DNA of 63,562 bases, filler included, from Octopus bimaculoides (GCF_001194135.2; 8 parts of 8 records of this genome joined end to end with filler, not necessarily neighbours in it); one strand, 5' to 3'. Numbered from the whole stretch's first letter, positions 26,757 through 40,092 are shown. Program-made: numbers and translations. The notes: a model not told the origin generated them from the sequence alone.

Positions 26757-26778
26757 AATAATATTAATAATAATAATA

Positions 26779-26811
<33 letters not shown>

Positions 26812-27281
26812 TTGTTATTATTATTAATTTTATTACATCTGACATCCTATTCATGTTTTACCGAATTTGGAACCTCCTGAAATTTGAATTATGTTCCCAT
26901 TTCTTTTCATTAAACACACTATAGAAGAATGGAGTTCATTATTTTTATAGCCATTGTTATTAAATGGAAATGCATTTGCAAGGATCCGAGAGAAACACAT
27001 ATGCACGCACACACATCATGCATACATATAATCTCATGGATTCAGGTATACAGAGACACACACACACAGACATACAAGTATGGCCTACTTCACAGACACC
27101 ATTTCTCGAAATATTCCACTTCTCAGATCCATATTATTCGAATATTCTCAGCTGTAATTGCTTCCTTCTCGACATGTTCGTATCAAAAAAAAATCGTTCA
27201 TTTTCCTTACGCCAGCTGGGTCACAGTTCTATCTGTCTGTCTCTTTCTGTTTATCTGTCCGTCTATCTATCTATCTATCTG

Positions 27282-27347
<66 letters not shown>

Positions 27348-27388
27348 AAATTGTTTGATTAGTTTATATATATAGAGAGGCATACGTA

Positions 27389-27471
<83 letters not shown>

Positions 27472-28034
27472 GTATATGTATATCTTATATGTATATATAC
27501 ATGTATACATATAAAGATAGATAGATAGATAGATAGATAGGTATATATATACATATAAATGAATGTACGTATAAGCATAGGTATTTGTATACATGAATAG
27601 TACACATGCGTGTGCTTGCGTAGGTGTGTGCATACGAGACTATTCTGCATTTTGCAGGTGCAATATGACATCGTTCGAATTTGCGTTTGTGTTTATTTTA
27701 GCATATTTCATTAACGATTATATTGAATTATAAAAAAGGAAAAAAAAAAAATCAGAACAGATTCAATTGAAGAATTTTTATGTGGAAAGTAAAGAAGAAC
27801 ATGATGAAAACAATTCGTTAAGGCATACAGCAACACGAATAACGACAGCAACAAGAATATCACCATCACTGTCCCTATCAATTAACACGACAAAGACTCC
27901 CACGATGATACAATCGAAGATGACGATGGTATTAATAGTGATGATGGTGACTTTAATAACGTTCAGAGTAATACAACAGGCTTTTGTTAGTGATGATTCT
28001 CAAACTGCAGCCGCTGCTACGGTGTCCGTTCTTC

Positions 28035-28075
<41 letters not shown>

Positions 28076-28333
28076 CATGATGATGATGATCATGATAGTC
28101 AACGACTAATGACACTAATAATGATATATAACTTAAAATATATAATCAATGGACACGTGCCTTTTCTATTCAATGACTTCTTTTCAATTCTCTAAAAAGC
28201 AATGACAGGTATATATGAATATATATATATATANNNNNNNNNNNNNNNNNNNNNNNNNNNNNNNNNNNNNNNNNNNNTTAATTAATTAANNNNNNNNNNN
28301 NNNNNNNNNNNNNNNNNNNNNNNNNNNNNNNNN

Positions 28334-28504
28334 TTTGAATAGCTGTGTGCTGGACCTTTGAATAACTGTGTGCTGGACCTTTGAATAGCTGTGTGCTGGA
28401 CCTTTGAATAACTGTGTGCTGGACCTTTGAATAACTGTGTGCTGGACCTTTGAATAACTGTGTGCTGGACCTTTGAATAACTGTGTGCTGGACCTTTGAA
28501 TAAC
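28334..28504. repeat. 23-bp minisatellite, about 7.4 units, running into the gap
   Basis: Unit TTTGAATA(A/G)CTGTGTGCTGGACC. Confidence 0.95.
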
Positions 28505-28687
28505 AAGTACTGTCCATCTGACAAGCTTATATACAGTTTCTGTCAACCCAAATTCTCCTACAAGGCTTAGGCTGGCATGAAATTTTAGTAGATACCTTTA
28601 CCTGAGATACCACATGGAGGGGTTAAGTCTGGAACCTTATGATTGTGCCCTTAACCACTCAATCATGCCTATGTCCACATACTATAA

Positions 28688-28900
28688 CCCTTTAGAATTT
28701 AAACAGGTCATATTTGGCCCAAATATTCTACCTGTTTTATGGGAGATCCATCTTCTCACACCTACCCTGTAATGTCATTCTTAAACTAAACAATCATTAC
28801 GTCTTCGAAATTTCAAAGCTACAACATAATACAAGATTAATTCCAAGCAGTGTAAATAAATAAGCATTATATTTGATGAAATAATGTGAATTTTAAAGGG
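28688..28900. mobile_element. piggyBac-type MITE (CCC ends, TTAA flanks); inverted copy at 54539-54713
   Basis: (A/T)TAA-CCCTTTAG...AAAGGG-TTAA; internal GAATATTTGGGCC/AAACAGGTAGAAT segments shared between the copies. Confidence 0.7.
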
Positions 28901-29128
28901 TTAAATAACTATGATATTGATACAATTAAGAGAACTAATTTCAGTAATTCTAAAACATGCTCAACAACTGAAATGCAATAATTTATCTCCTTGGGTTTGT
29001 AAAAGCATTATTAATCATCATTTAGTTAAGTCCCACTAGCTTCTTTAGATGCTAAAAATGTTGGGGATAAATTTGTTGTGTGTCAGAAATAACATTTTCT
29101 TTGAATTTATTTCCTTCTTCTTTTACAG

Positions 29129-29294
29129 CTGGAAATCGAGACTTAGTATTTAAATTAGAAAACGTATCAAATGAGTGGTCGACAATGATAGAGACAGTGC
29201 TGGCTGAGAGTGAGCAACTACGGCGAGAGGAGAATGATGTTGGACCCCAGGCTGAGCTGATCTATTGGAAGAGTAGAATGTTTAAATTCAATAA
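29129..29294 (+). CDS. DNAH5/DNAH8: Axonemal outer-arm dynein heavy chain (DNAH5/DNAH8 type), internal exon, N-terminal stem (DHC_N1)
   Basis: Acceptor ttttacAG and donor GTatga. Reads GNRDLVFKLENVSNEWSTMIETVLAESEQLRREENDVGPQAELIYWKSRMFKFN, matching the DNAH5-family VLAExxQxxKEADDVGPRAELEHWKxRxxKFN. Phase 1 to phase 2. Confidence 0.92.
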
Positions 29295-29882
29295 GTATGA
29301 GTTTGATGATGTTTTCTATGATTACTTTTGTTTCTAATGCAATGACAAAGTATAATTCAAGAAGAAATATACCTAGAGAAAATAGTCTCTTTTACATCCA
29401 CAACCATATCTCATCCGCATTTTATTTATTTATTGTGTGCAAAACAGATTGTAAATTTTTATTAATTTAGTGTATCTTCCAATGAATGCATTACTAATTA
29501 TATGCATCTATCAATGAGTGATCAGCTATATTGATTTCTTAGAATGATTTTCCAAGTTACATTCATAGCAGGAGTTAAGTTTACAAACTTTACCACAATG
29601 ACTCTGTTTAAACCTAAAGCTGTACCTCTCCACTTTACATAAATGCAGCAGTGAAACATTATATAAACTCAGCCTTTTATATCTGTATGTTACTTAAATA
29701 TGAATAGTGCATTTTTACATAATCTCAAAGGCTTCAGATATATGGTGAAGATCATGATATATCTATACTTCTCCCAATGACATAAGCAACATAAGAAAAT
29801 GCATCAGAAATGTATATAACAGAGGTATTATTATGGCTGGATTCTTCTGACAACTGCTTAACTGCTTAACTTTTAATTTCAG

Positions 29883-29976
29883 TGTTCTGGAACAGTTGAA
29901 AAGTAAGGAAGTGAAGGCAGTTATGGCTATTCTACAAGCAGCAAAATCTAAACAAATTAAAAAGTGGATTGAATTG
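29883..29976 (+). CDS. DNAH5/DNAH8: Dynein heavy chain, next exon
   Basis: Acceptor tttcAG and donor GTaatg; phase 2 to 0, joining the previous exon in frame. Reads (N)VLEQLKSKEVKAVMAILQAAKSKQIKKWIEL; compare DNAH5 [28 protein letters not shown]. Confidence 0.93.
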
Positions 29977-30304
29977 GTAATGTACATAAATATGTTATAT
30001 ATACAATATATTCACATTCAATAACAAATCATAAAGTACAAAATAATATGCATTGCATTATCACTGGCTTCATATATATCATACGCACAGACCACCTACC
30101 TAATGAAACACAAATTATTCAAACAAAAGACAGGTGAGCTAGTAGATTTCATCCCAGTGAATAAAGTCAGTTCACGGTTGTCTCCTACACCAGTTTCACA
30201 TAACCAGCCCCAGTCCATTCAGAAGTACTTTGGATCGCAGGGTGACATGCTGTGCTTGAGGAGACCTATTGAGTCAAGTACATCAACATCAAAATGAAAA
30301 TCAA

Positions 30305-30565
30305 ATGGAAATTGTAGTTGTGATCCCCCGTGCCACTGGCATGTAAAAAGCACCATCCGAACATGGCCAATGCCAGTGCCGCCCTGAGTGGCTTCTGTGC
30401 CAGTGGCATGTAAAAAGCAACAACTGATCATGGATATTGCCAGCCTCCTCCAGCCCTTGTGCTGGTGGCACGTAAAAAGCACCCACTACACTCACGGAGT
30501 GATTGGCGTTAGGAAGGGTATCCAACTGTAGAAACTCTGCCAGATCAGATTGGAGCCTGGTGCAA
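30305..30565 (+). mobile_element. SINE family C 3' part (GGCGTTAGGAAGGG(C/T)ATCCA segment); also 33585-33830 (-), 34940-35150 (+) and a tail at 43460-43510 (-)
   Basis: Internally repeated GGCACGTAAAAAGCACC units and the shared TTGGCGTTAGGAAGGG motif. Confidence 0.7.
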
Positions 30566-31711
30566 AAACTGTTTAAGGGCTACATACTTTGTATAGTTGC
30601 TATTGGATTAGTGAAACAATTATGAGAATGGAACCAAGGCATAAGTCTTACTTTCCCGGGAATTAACAGTATGTCAGCTAATATATATGTATGTAAAAAG
30701 CAGCAAAAATATCACAAAAACTGTTTCACATTCCTGTTCATCAAACAATTTTGTTTAGAATGGAACAAGATAAGGTTATATGCATAAATATACGATTAGT
30801 TTGATAGAGAGACATTTGAAAATGCTTTTGTTTTATTGGTCCTTTCAACTAACAATCGTTTCAATGACTGGTTGCATGAAATTACAATTGCAGTTATATC
30901 AATATTATTATAAAATTTGAAGAAAACCTTAAATCAAAGATAGCTTATGTAGAAGGAAAAAGACCTGAACAGCCAGGGTAAATAATTAATGGTAAAAACA
31001 TAATGAATTTAATTTAATTAAAAGATATATCCTTTAAAAAAACTTGCACCCTAAAATACATATACATATGTATGCATTTGTATATATTTATGTTTTGCCT
31101 ATATTTGTATTTATATATATGTAGCCATGTACTAATGCTTGTATGTTTAGTGTATATATGTATATATAGGTTGTTTGGTGTGTGTATGTATTTTGGGGGA
31201 GGAGGAGGTTATATCCAACCCCCCCCCCATCCTTTTGGCCACCCTATTATTGCCCCACTTTCCTTCAACGGGTCTCTGAATCTTTCCACTGCCTGCAGGA
31301 GATCAATACCACCCACTTTGAGAACCACTGGGCTAGAGCATTATCTATTCAACCATTTTGCTGTCCTCTTCCCTTTCTTAGTGCCATTAATTAGATTTCT
31401 CCATTTGCAAATCATTCCAAGTTGAGAACTATTCAACATCAACTGATTGATTTAGTTTACTGGAGATATTTTGAGTCTCTCAGATGTTTGCTCCTTTTAA
31501 AAACACATCAAAATAATTACAACTTTGACATTTTCTTGTATATTTGATATTTTTTTTTCCTTTTTTTCTTTGCAATGTAATTTTTCCATCTTGATAATTT
31601 TCAAGATTTCGTAAGAATTATGCTTTCGGCAATCAGTAGTAATATAGAACTTCAAAGAATACTATTTTGTTATTGCTTTAAGGCTTCATGCATATGGAAA
31701 AACAAAAAGAA

Positions 31712-31747
<36 letters not shown>

Positions 31748-32220
31748 CGAGAAAGAGAAAGTGTCTGTCTCAAAGAGGCAGCTTCAATATTATGACAAAA
31801 ATTGACTTAATAAAGCAACCGTGAAATACTGTGACTGCTTCCAAGTAAACTTTCTCTGTGCTGTTGATATTTTATTTCATATCTATTTTGCATGATTTGT
31901 TTGTTTCCATCTTGGAATTCACTTTGATACATGTAATGCTTAAAGATACTTTTTGGCAACTATTTTATGCATACACATGTACACCTATGCGTTTTCGTAT
32001 GCCTGTGTATATGGTGAAGATATGCTTAAATTATATATCTAGACAACATGTCAGTGTCATGTATATCTCTCTTTCTCACACACATATGAATTCAACTATG
32101 TCAAAAATTTTATTCATATAGATACACATCCACATACAAAAACAAATGCACATCTCCACACATACATACCCCACTCTAATATCTCATTTTTGTATCTACT
32201 TTTGTGTAAGTATATGTGGT

Positions 32221-32309
<89 letters not shown>

Positions 32310-32610
32310 TCATATATTCTGTGTGTTTATATAGTTGAGTACAAATATCTGTAAATGTATTCACTGGAAAATTCAGGAAATTGTTGTTTTAATGTAGGAA
32401 AGGGAAAAGTTCCAAAGTATACAAAATGCTTTGAATCAAAAGAATTTTCCGATTTACTACACTGCATTTACAAAAATTAGACCAATGCTCATTTACACAC
32501 ACACATACACGCACATCTACACCTATCTATGATATGTGAGTGTGCATACGCATTTATATGTACATGGGTGTCTATGAGTATATTCTTTTGTATTTATATA
32601 TCTATTTCAG

Positions 32611-32712
32611 GGTGGCCGTATTACTGATGTTGCTAATGAAGCAAGAGATAATGTGAAATATCTTCATATTTTGGATAAATTTCTTGATCCCATAATCAAT
32701 GCAACTAATCCT
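32611..32712 (+). CDS. DNAH5/DNAH8: Dynein heavy chain, third exon
   Basis: Acceptor tatttcAG and donor GTaagt; phase 0 to 0. Reads GGRITDVANEARDNVKYLHILDKFLDPIINATNP; compare [31 protein letters not shown]. Confidence 0.95.
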
Positions 32713-33879
32713 GTAAGTTGTTTTGCAGTGTATTTACAGAAATGTATTTACTTTCTTGCTCCGTTAGACTAATTTTAATTAGAAATCTGAATTTTCAGTA
32801 TTCAATTATGGTTTCATTGCAAATGCATGGCGGTCTTCTTTACTATTTATTCATTCAATTATGTCATGAAATTTTTATGTTATATAAACTTTTCATACTG
32901 TTTAATTGAACATTTCAACACACCACATACATGCAAATGTTGTGTCTCTATAAACATGTACACACACACACACACACACATACATAGAGATTAATTTTCA
33001 TGCGGTATTTGAAAAAGAGGGGAAAAAGTCATAGCAGAAAATGTAGGGTATTACAAACATAACGTAATGGATATGAGAAAGGATTAATTTAAAAACTGAT
33101 GAGAGTAAATTAGCAGGAAATGGAGGAGGTGAAAAAGATTGTGAAAATAAATAGGTATTGTGGAATAAACCAAAACGAAAGCAAAAATCTAGAAAAAGAA
33201 AAACAAGATGCAAAAGGAAAAACAGAGCTTTAGAGAGGAAAAAGCTGAAAGAGAGAAAGATAAAAAAAAAGCTGAATTTTGAAAATAGTATTGAAAATGT
33301 GGAGAGATAATTTTTAATGAGGGTGGATGAGTGGTCACAAACTTGAGAGACAGGGTGTTTACTTTTATATTTTGAAACACAATTAGTAAATAATAATACA
33401 GTTAGTTACAGGTTTCCCACATTTCTGACAGTGAGGGTGACAAAGGTGTGTTAGGAACTTGGTGCTAACAAATATCTCAAAGCATGTTTCTTTGTAAAGT
33501 ATGTTACTTTGTAAAGTATGTTACTTTCTTTTTGACTTGTTTTTTTATAGCCAACTTTTATACTCTTCATCATTCAACATCATCATCTTTAACATTTAAC
33601 ACCCGTTTTCCATGGTGGCATTGGTTGGATGGCTTGACAACAACTGGCAAGGCTAGGTCAGGCATCCCACCAGATTCCATAGTCTGTTTTGGCTTGGTTT
33701 CTACAGCTGGATGCCCTTCCTAATGCCAACCATTCCACAGAGTGTACTGGCTGCCTCTTATGTGGCACCATCGCCAGTGTTTTTTACATGGTAGCAGCAC
33801 CAGCATTCATACCAATGCTTTTTATGTAGGACGAGCACCCAAACCAATGTGGCATCTTGTTTCAATAATATGTAGTTGA

Positions 33880-34361
33880 GTACAGACATATTTAATGCAG
33901 TGAACAAATTTCCATTTGAAAAAAGTTCCTGTGGTGATGAGGAGTAATTCACGTAAGAATTCAATAGTCCTTATCTGAAGGTTTTGGTTTTCTTCCGGAG
34001 TTTTGTTTCGACAAGGAGGTTTTTTTTGCCTCTTTCTCAAAGGCTGTCATTACTTTCGAGACAATACTTCTTGATACACCAAACATTTCGGCTGTTTTCA
34101 TTACACTAGTGCCTGCCAAACGAGCACCAACAGTTTGACCTCTTTGACAGTCCGATAGATCTGTCATTTTAATGAATTTTAATTACATTTTTCTAAGGAT
34201 ATCTGAAAAGAAACATCAATTTTAGCAAAACACATTAAGCAAAACTAATAATAAATATAAAAAAAAAACATAAAAATAAACAAGCTTTTGACAGCTTTAT
34301 AGATATTTCTAAATCCTGATGCTGTGATGCTAGGTGTTTCCATTATTTTGTCCAACCCCTG
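33880..34361 (-). mobile_element. Tc1-like transposon, 5' fragment
   Basis: TIR CAGGGGTTGGACAAAATAATGGAAACACC after TA; ORF MTDLSDCQRGQTVGARLAGTSVMKTAEMFGVSRSIVSKVMTAFEKE...SGRKPK (paired-like HTH). Confidence 0.85.
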
Positions 34362-34608
34362 TATATTACGACCTCTGTACCTTGAAGGCATACCCTGGTC
34401 ATTGCCACCATTTCTCTCCCTTTTCCTTACTCTACAATCCCAACCATTGTTACTCATGAGTATACTCTGGCACTTCACCACCATCTCTCTTCTCTTCTGT
34501 CTTGTACTCTTGCTGTTTCCCACTCTCTCTTTCCCTTGGTCTTTTCACTGGCCGGGTAGCCATGTATCCCCTCTACAACAGCACACCTGTTTCTGTCCTC
34601 ATTCTTGA

Positions 34609-34657
<49 letters not shown>

Positions 34658-35381
34658 CTCTCTCTCCTTCACTTGCTTTTCCCTCTGACTAGGTAACCAA
34701 GTATCTCCTTTACATCAGCACACCTGTTTGTTTCTGTCCTCTTTCTTGTACTTCTCTTTCTTCTTCTCCCTCTCTCTTATCTTTTTCTTTCTCTCATTGG
34801 GTAACTATGTACCGCCTCCATAGCAAGACATCTGTTTCTGCCTCTGTTTCTCTGTCACACTCACTTTTCCTCATCTAACACAAGGTCCTCTTCTCCAATG
34901 ACCCTACCCCTCTCAAAATTCCTTTGCTTGCAACTTACTTGGTGACCCTGCCAGTGCTGGTGCCACGTAAAAGTCATCCAGTCCACATTGTAAGTAGTTG
35001 GCATTTGGAAGGTCATCCTGCTATAAAAAGCATGCCAAAATTGACCTCGCTTGTGCTAATGCCATGTAAAAGGCACTGAGTCCACTCTGTGGAGTAGTTG
35101 CTATTAGAAAGAGCATCCAGCTGTAAAAAACCCTGCCAAAATGGACATAGTAGCTTGGAGTTAATATCTATTAAATAGACTAGGAGGCAGCAGTTTCTAA
35201 ATTCATTCTGATTGTGATCAATTTACATAGGGAAACAAAGTTAACTCCAAAGTGGATTGAATGACATTTGATTCAGATCTATTGTCTTTCTCATATTATT
35301 TGTTGCAGTTTTCCCATTTTAGGTCTACGAATTGTTTTGTGTTCTTGCTAATTTCAGTTTGATTTTTCCATCTGTTGCATA

Positions 35382-35430
<49 letters not shown>

Positions 35431-35460
35431 CACAACAACAATAATAATAATAATAATAAT

Positions 35461-35900
35461 GCAGAAAGGAAAATTGAAAAGAGTGACAGTTTGTTACTAG
35501 CTGCACAAGATCAGCTATTAAGGACTAATTGGATAAAAGCCAAGAAAGACAAAAGCCAAGTAGATTTCCAACGTAGGTTATGCAAATCAAAAGAGGAAAG
35601 TATTATTCATATAGTAAGTGAATGTAGCCTGCTGGCACGGAAAGAATACAAGAAAAGACATGACAACCTAGGCAGAGTAGTCCACAAGGAGCTATGGACA
35701 AAGCTAACATTTGAACATACTGATAAATGATACAAGCATAAACCTATTAAAGTAGTAGAAAGTAAGAAATATAAGATGTTGTGGGACTTTAACATTCAGA
35801 CCGACAGAGTAACAGAAGCCAGAAGGCCTGATTCAGTAGTAGTAGTAGTAGATAAAGAGAATAAAAAGTGCCTGATAATTGATTTTACAGTCCCATCTAA
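35461..35900 (+). mobile_element. R4/Dong-like LINE fragment (CCHC + RLE) between (AAT)n tracts
   Basis: LLAAQDQLLRTN...RLCKSKEESIIHIVSEC...RHDNLGRVVH...LWDFNIQTDRVTEARRPD...CLIIDFTVP. Confidence 0.85.
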
Positions 35901-35970
35901 GGTTACTTGTTGTAAGTTGATGTTAGGATTTTTTCTTTTCCAACAGTATAATCTGCTGTGTGTATATGAA

Positions 35971-36013
<43 letters not shown>

Positions 36014-36243
36014 TCAAAATTAAAAGAAGAGTGCCATTTGTTATCTGGTGAACGATATTTCGACATCTCGTGTGTCTTCAACTGGTTCAAAAAATAAATT
36101 TGTCAATCTACTTCATTTTGGTTAATATAGAAAGGATTGAGGTAACTCCTCCTGAAGATATAGAGTCAAAATTAAAAGAAGAGTGCCATTTGTTATCCGG
36201 TGAACGATATTTCGACATCTCGTGTGTCTTCAACTGGTTCAAA
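36014..36243. repeat. 152-bp tandem repeat (about 1.5 units visible) ending at a gap
   Basis: TCAAAATTAAAAGAAGAGTGCC...CTGGTTCAAA occurs at 36014 and 36166. Confidence 0.85.
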
Positions 36244-36531
36244 NNNNNNNNNNNNNNNNNNNNNNNNNNNNNNNNNNNNNNNNNNNNTTAATTAATTAAN
36301 NNNNNNNNNNNNNNNNNNNNNNNNNNNNNNNNNNNNNNNNNNNACAGATGCCCTAGTGTCGTTCCACTACACTACATAATGTTTTTTTTCTAGCCACTTT
36401 CAATAAATCTTAATGTTTTGGCTTCATTTTTGTTTCATTTTGCCTTCAGTTATTTTTATGCTTTTTTTTTAACACTTCCGTCGTTATTCTCATTCGCTTG
36501 TTATTACTTTCTCTCTCTCTCTCTCTATCTA

Positions 36532-36658
36532 CAGGGTGTTCACAAAGTCTTAGTACATGGGGATTAACACATACTTTAAGGAATTATTAATTCTTATATT
36601 TAATTGTTTATGTTATGATTTTATTTACTCCATGTACCCAGTCTTTGTGGACACCCCG
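36532..36658. mobile_element. Tc1/mariner MITE, 127 bp, TA flanks
   Basis: TIRs CAGGGTGTTCACAAAGTCTTAGTACATGG / CCATGTACCCAGTCTTTGTGGACACCCCG. Confidence 0.8.
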
Positions 36659-36746
36659 TATACATAGAGATAGATACATACATCCATATATACACACACA
36701 CACATATATATATATATATACACACACACATATATATATATATATA

Positions 36747-36991
36747 CAGGGTGGGCCAAAAGTAGGTAAACACTTTTAAAATTAACTTATTTGCTTTTTA
36801 CAGGTACCGTGAATAATGTGCTGTGTGTTACAGTGTTCTGGGACGTTTGAAGAATGTTCCCATGTTGAAGGAGGACATTTCGACCATTTACGAGATTAAA
36901 CTGTGTTTCATAAATGTAATTGTAATAAATGAGCGTAAAAGTAATAAAATGAAAGAATTTCGATGTGTATAGCTACTTTTGGCTCACCCTG
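36747..36991. mobile_element. Tc1/mariner MITE, 245 bp, TA flanks
   Basis: TIRs CAGGGTGGGCCAAAAGTAG / CTACTTTTGGCTCACCCTG. Confidence 0.8.
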
Positions 36992-37297
36992 TATAAAGAC
37001 ACGTTTCCGAAGAAATCTTTTTTTATTAAATGCACCTTTGAAGGTGGTAGTGCGAAACTGCATCCGCCCCCTTTCTTTACACATATAATATGACATTTTG
37101 CAGAAATACGTTTTCTAGAATGTGGATAACATTAAATTGAAAAAAAAAAATCAAAGAAGTTTGAAAAGAATAATAAACGAATGTTGAAAGTTATAAAAAT
37201 TAGTGGTAACGATGTCTGGACCAAAAACAAAAAAAGCCATGATAGTGTTTTGTGTGAAACAAGTCAAGAGTGTATTAAAACAATATCTTTTACATAC

Positions 37298-37430
37298 CTG
37301 CTAGAATTACTGGATATATAAGATCCCAGGATATATAAGCCATAAGCTGCAAAACAGCTTTGAAAATGGCATCAAGTATTTCCACATTGTTTTAGCAATT
37401 ATTCGCGCCGACATTTTAAAGTGGTAACAA
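37298..37430 (-). CDS. Weak candidate exon (hydrophobic, signal-peptide-like reading)
   Basis: Strong minus-strand donor CAG|GTATGT at 37297 and an upstream pyrimidine tract. Frames read MAYISWDLIYPVILA or MSARIIAKTMWKYLMPFSKLFCSLWLIYPGILYI. No homology recognised. Confidence 0.2.
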
Positions 37431-37879
37431 GTGCTCTTTGATATCGTAAGGGGAGAGAGAGAGAGAAGGGGGAAGAGAGTGAAGGTGTGTTTTGTCATTT
37501 ATGTATTTGGATCTTTATGATTTGACAAGCAACATTTTTTATGTAGTGTTTTTGGTACCGAAACACTTTCAAACTTCGTATACTTGTATATTTTGTGGTA
37601 TAGAACAGATAAAAAATTTTGTATTCGAAGTTATTTCATGTAAAAAATTGTCGTATTTCGGTAATTTCAACCTATCACTGACGTCTATTCAACTGAATAC
37701 AGTTAGTGCTGTTCGGTGTCAAGTGTGTTATTCCCTGTTTAATTATATCATTATTCCCTAGTAAGGGTTTAGGGTTTTATTACATTTGGCTGAATAATTT
37801 GAATGCTAAAGGGTTGAAAACCAAAACTTACAGCAGATATATATCATTGATGTAACCTAGTTACGAATATATGCTTTTC

Positions 37880-38302
37880 TACTCTAGGCATAAGGCCCAG
37901 CATTTTGGGGGAGGGGACCAATCGATTAGATCGACCCAGTATGCAACTGGTACTTAATTTATCGATCCTGAAAGGATGAAAGGCAATGTTGACCTCGATG
38001 GAATTTGAACTCAGAACATAAAGACAGACGAAATATCACTAAGCATTTCGCCTGGTGTGCTAACGTTTCTTATTTCTTTATTGCCCACAAGGGGCTAAAC
38101 ATAGAGGGGACAAACAAGGACAGACAAAGGGATTAAGTCGATTACATTGACCCCAGTGCGTAGCTGGTACTTAATTTATCGACCCTGAAAGGATGAAAGG
38201 CAAAGTCGACCTCGGCGGAATTTGAACTCAGAACGTTGCGGCAGACGAAATACCGCTAAGCATTTCGCCCGGCGTGCTAACGTTTCTGCCAGCTCGCCGC
38301 CT
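37880..38302 (-). mobile_element. Dimeric SINE A (A with alternative tail + 5'-truncated A)
   Basis: Linker GTCCTTGTTTGT..CCCTCT.TGT.TAGCCCCTT.TGGGCA.TAAAGAAATAAGAAACGTTAGCAC is also present at 47570-47650 (+). Confidence 0.8.
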
Positions 38303-38499
38303 TCTGGCTACAAATATGTGAATAGATCTGGGAATCCAATATTATGTTACTACCTGGTGGTATTATCTGAACAAGACAGCCTTAGGCTATGATATTCTTG
38401 TGGGTAAATAATGGTCACTTTGATAGCTATTAGCTAATAAAGGGAAATGAGAGTCATATGATCAGCAATGAGCATAGTGCATACATACATACATACATA

Positions 38500-38541
<42 letters not shown>

Positions 38542-38859
38542 TATATATANNNNNNNNNNNNNNNNNNNNNNNNNNNNNNNNNNNNNNNNNNNNNNNNNNN
38601 NNNNNNNNNNNNNNNNNNNNNNNNNNNNNNNNNNNNNNNNNNNNNNNNNNNNNNNNNNNNNNNNNNNNNNNNNNNNNNNNNNNNNNNNNNNNNNNNNNNN
38701 NNNNNNNNNNNNNNNNNNNNNNNNNNNNNNNNNNNNNNNNNNNNNNNNNNNNNNNNNNNNNNNNNNNNNNNNNNNNNNNNNNNNNNNNNNNNNNNNNNNN
38801 NNNNNNNNNNNNNNNNNNNNNNNNNNNNNNNNNNNNNNNNNNNNNNNNNNNNNNNNNNN

Positions 38860-38967
38860 CGGTCTCAAAGTGCCAAAAATATTTTGGCCAATTAAATTTA
38901 AATGTTGAAGCGAATCTAGCAGCTTTTGTGTGTTTTTAAATGGTCTATAAACACCTTCCATGCTGCA
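38860..38967 (+). mobile_element. Gap-truncated, CpG-decayed copy of the palindromic element at 61453
   Basis: GGTCTCAAAGTGCCAAAAATATTTTGGCCAATTAAATTTAAATGTTGAAG...AAACACCTTCCATGCTGCA matches the right arm of the 61453 element and the reverse complement of its left flank. Confidence 0.8.
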
Positions 38968-39364
38968 ATTGTTTTTGTTTCAGCACACAATCTCAGATCA
39001 GGTCACTTGCTATGCAAGTATATCTCTGTAATATATATATATATACATATATATACATACACTCTCACGAGCATGCTATATATTAGGTGGGGGAACACAA
39101 TACTCTTTCGTTTGAAAATGTGAAAGCGTCAGCCCCTAGCCCCACAGTGTCCATGTTTTATCACTCCACCCTTCCACCCACCCTGGCTAATGAGCTGTAA
39201 AGTTATTAGGCAAATAACAGATATCGCTATCTCGCTGTTAATATTTCATTAAATTCACTTAATGGATGCATTGGATGGTGGTGGGGGTGGAGGTGGAGGG
39301 ATGGAGGCACGTGCGGTTTCGTTGTGTATAGGTGTGTGGAGCGAGGAGGGGTGTATGTGTGTCA

Positions 39365-39521
39365 GTCATCATCATCATCATCATTATCCTCCTCATCACC
39401 ACCTTCATCATAATCATCATCGTCATCGTCGTCACCATCCTCGCTACCTTCATCATCATTGTCATCGTCGTCGTTGTTGTCGTTGTTGCTGTCATCATCA
39501 TCATCATCATCATCATCATCG

Positions 39522-39556
<35 letters not shown>

Positions 39557-39924
39557 GTCATCATCATCATCATCATCATCGTCATCATCATCGTCATCAT
39601 CATCATCATCATCATCATCATCGTCATCATCATCGTCGTCATCATCATCATCATCATCATCGTCATCATCATCNNNNNNNNNNNNNNNNNNNNNNNNNNN
39701 NNNNNNNNNNNNNNNNNNNNNNNNNNNNNNNNNNNNNNNNNNNNNNNNNNNNNNNNNNNNNNNNNNNNNNNNNNNNNNNNNNNNNNNNNNNNNNNNNNNN
39801 NNNNNNNNNNNNNNNNNNNNNNNNNNNNNNNNNNNNNNNNNNNNNNNNNNNNNNNNNNNNNNNNNNNNNNNNNNNNNNNNNNNNNNNNNNNNNNNNNNNN
39901 NNNNNNNNNNNNNNNNNNTCATCG

Positions 39925-39956
<32 letters not shown>

Positions 39957-40032
39957 GTCATCATCATCGTCATCATCATCATCATCATCATCATCGTCAT
40001 CGTCATCGTCATCATCATCATCATCATCATCG

Positions 40033-40091
<59 letters not shown>
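39365..40091. repeat. Long (CAT/CGT)n microsatellite spanning an N gap
   Basis: Directly visible; this is the source of the poly-H/S/I/M/D ORFs. Confidence 0.95.

Positions 40092-40092
<1 letters not shown>

Noticed and set aside
21359-28504. CRISPR-like arrays (52-bp core array and 23-bp array)
   Set aside because: No unique spacers and no cas genes; eukaryotic minisatellites.
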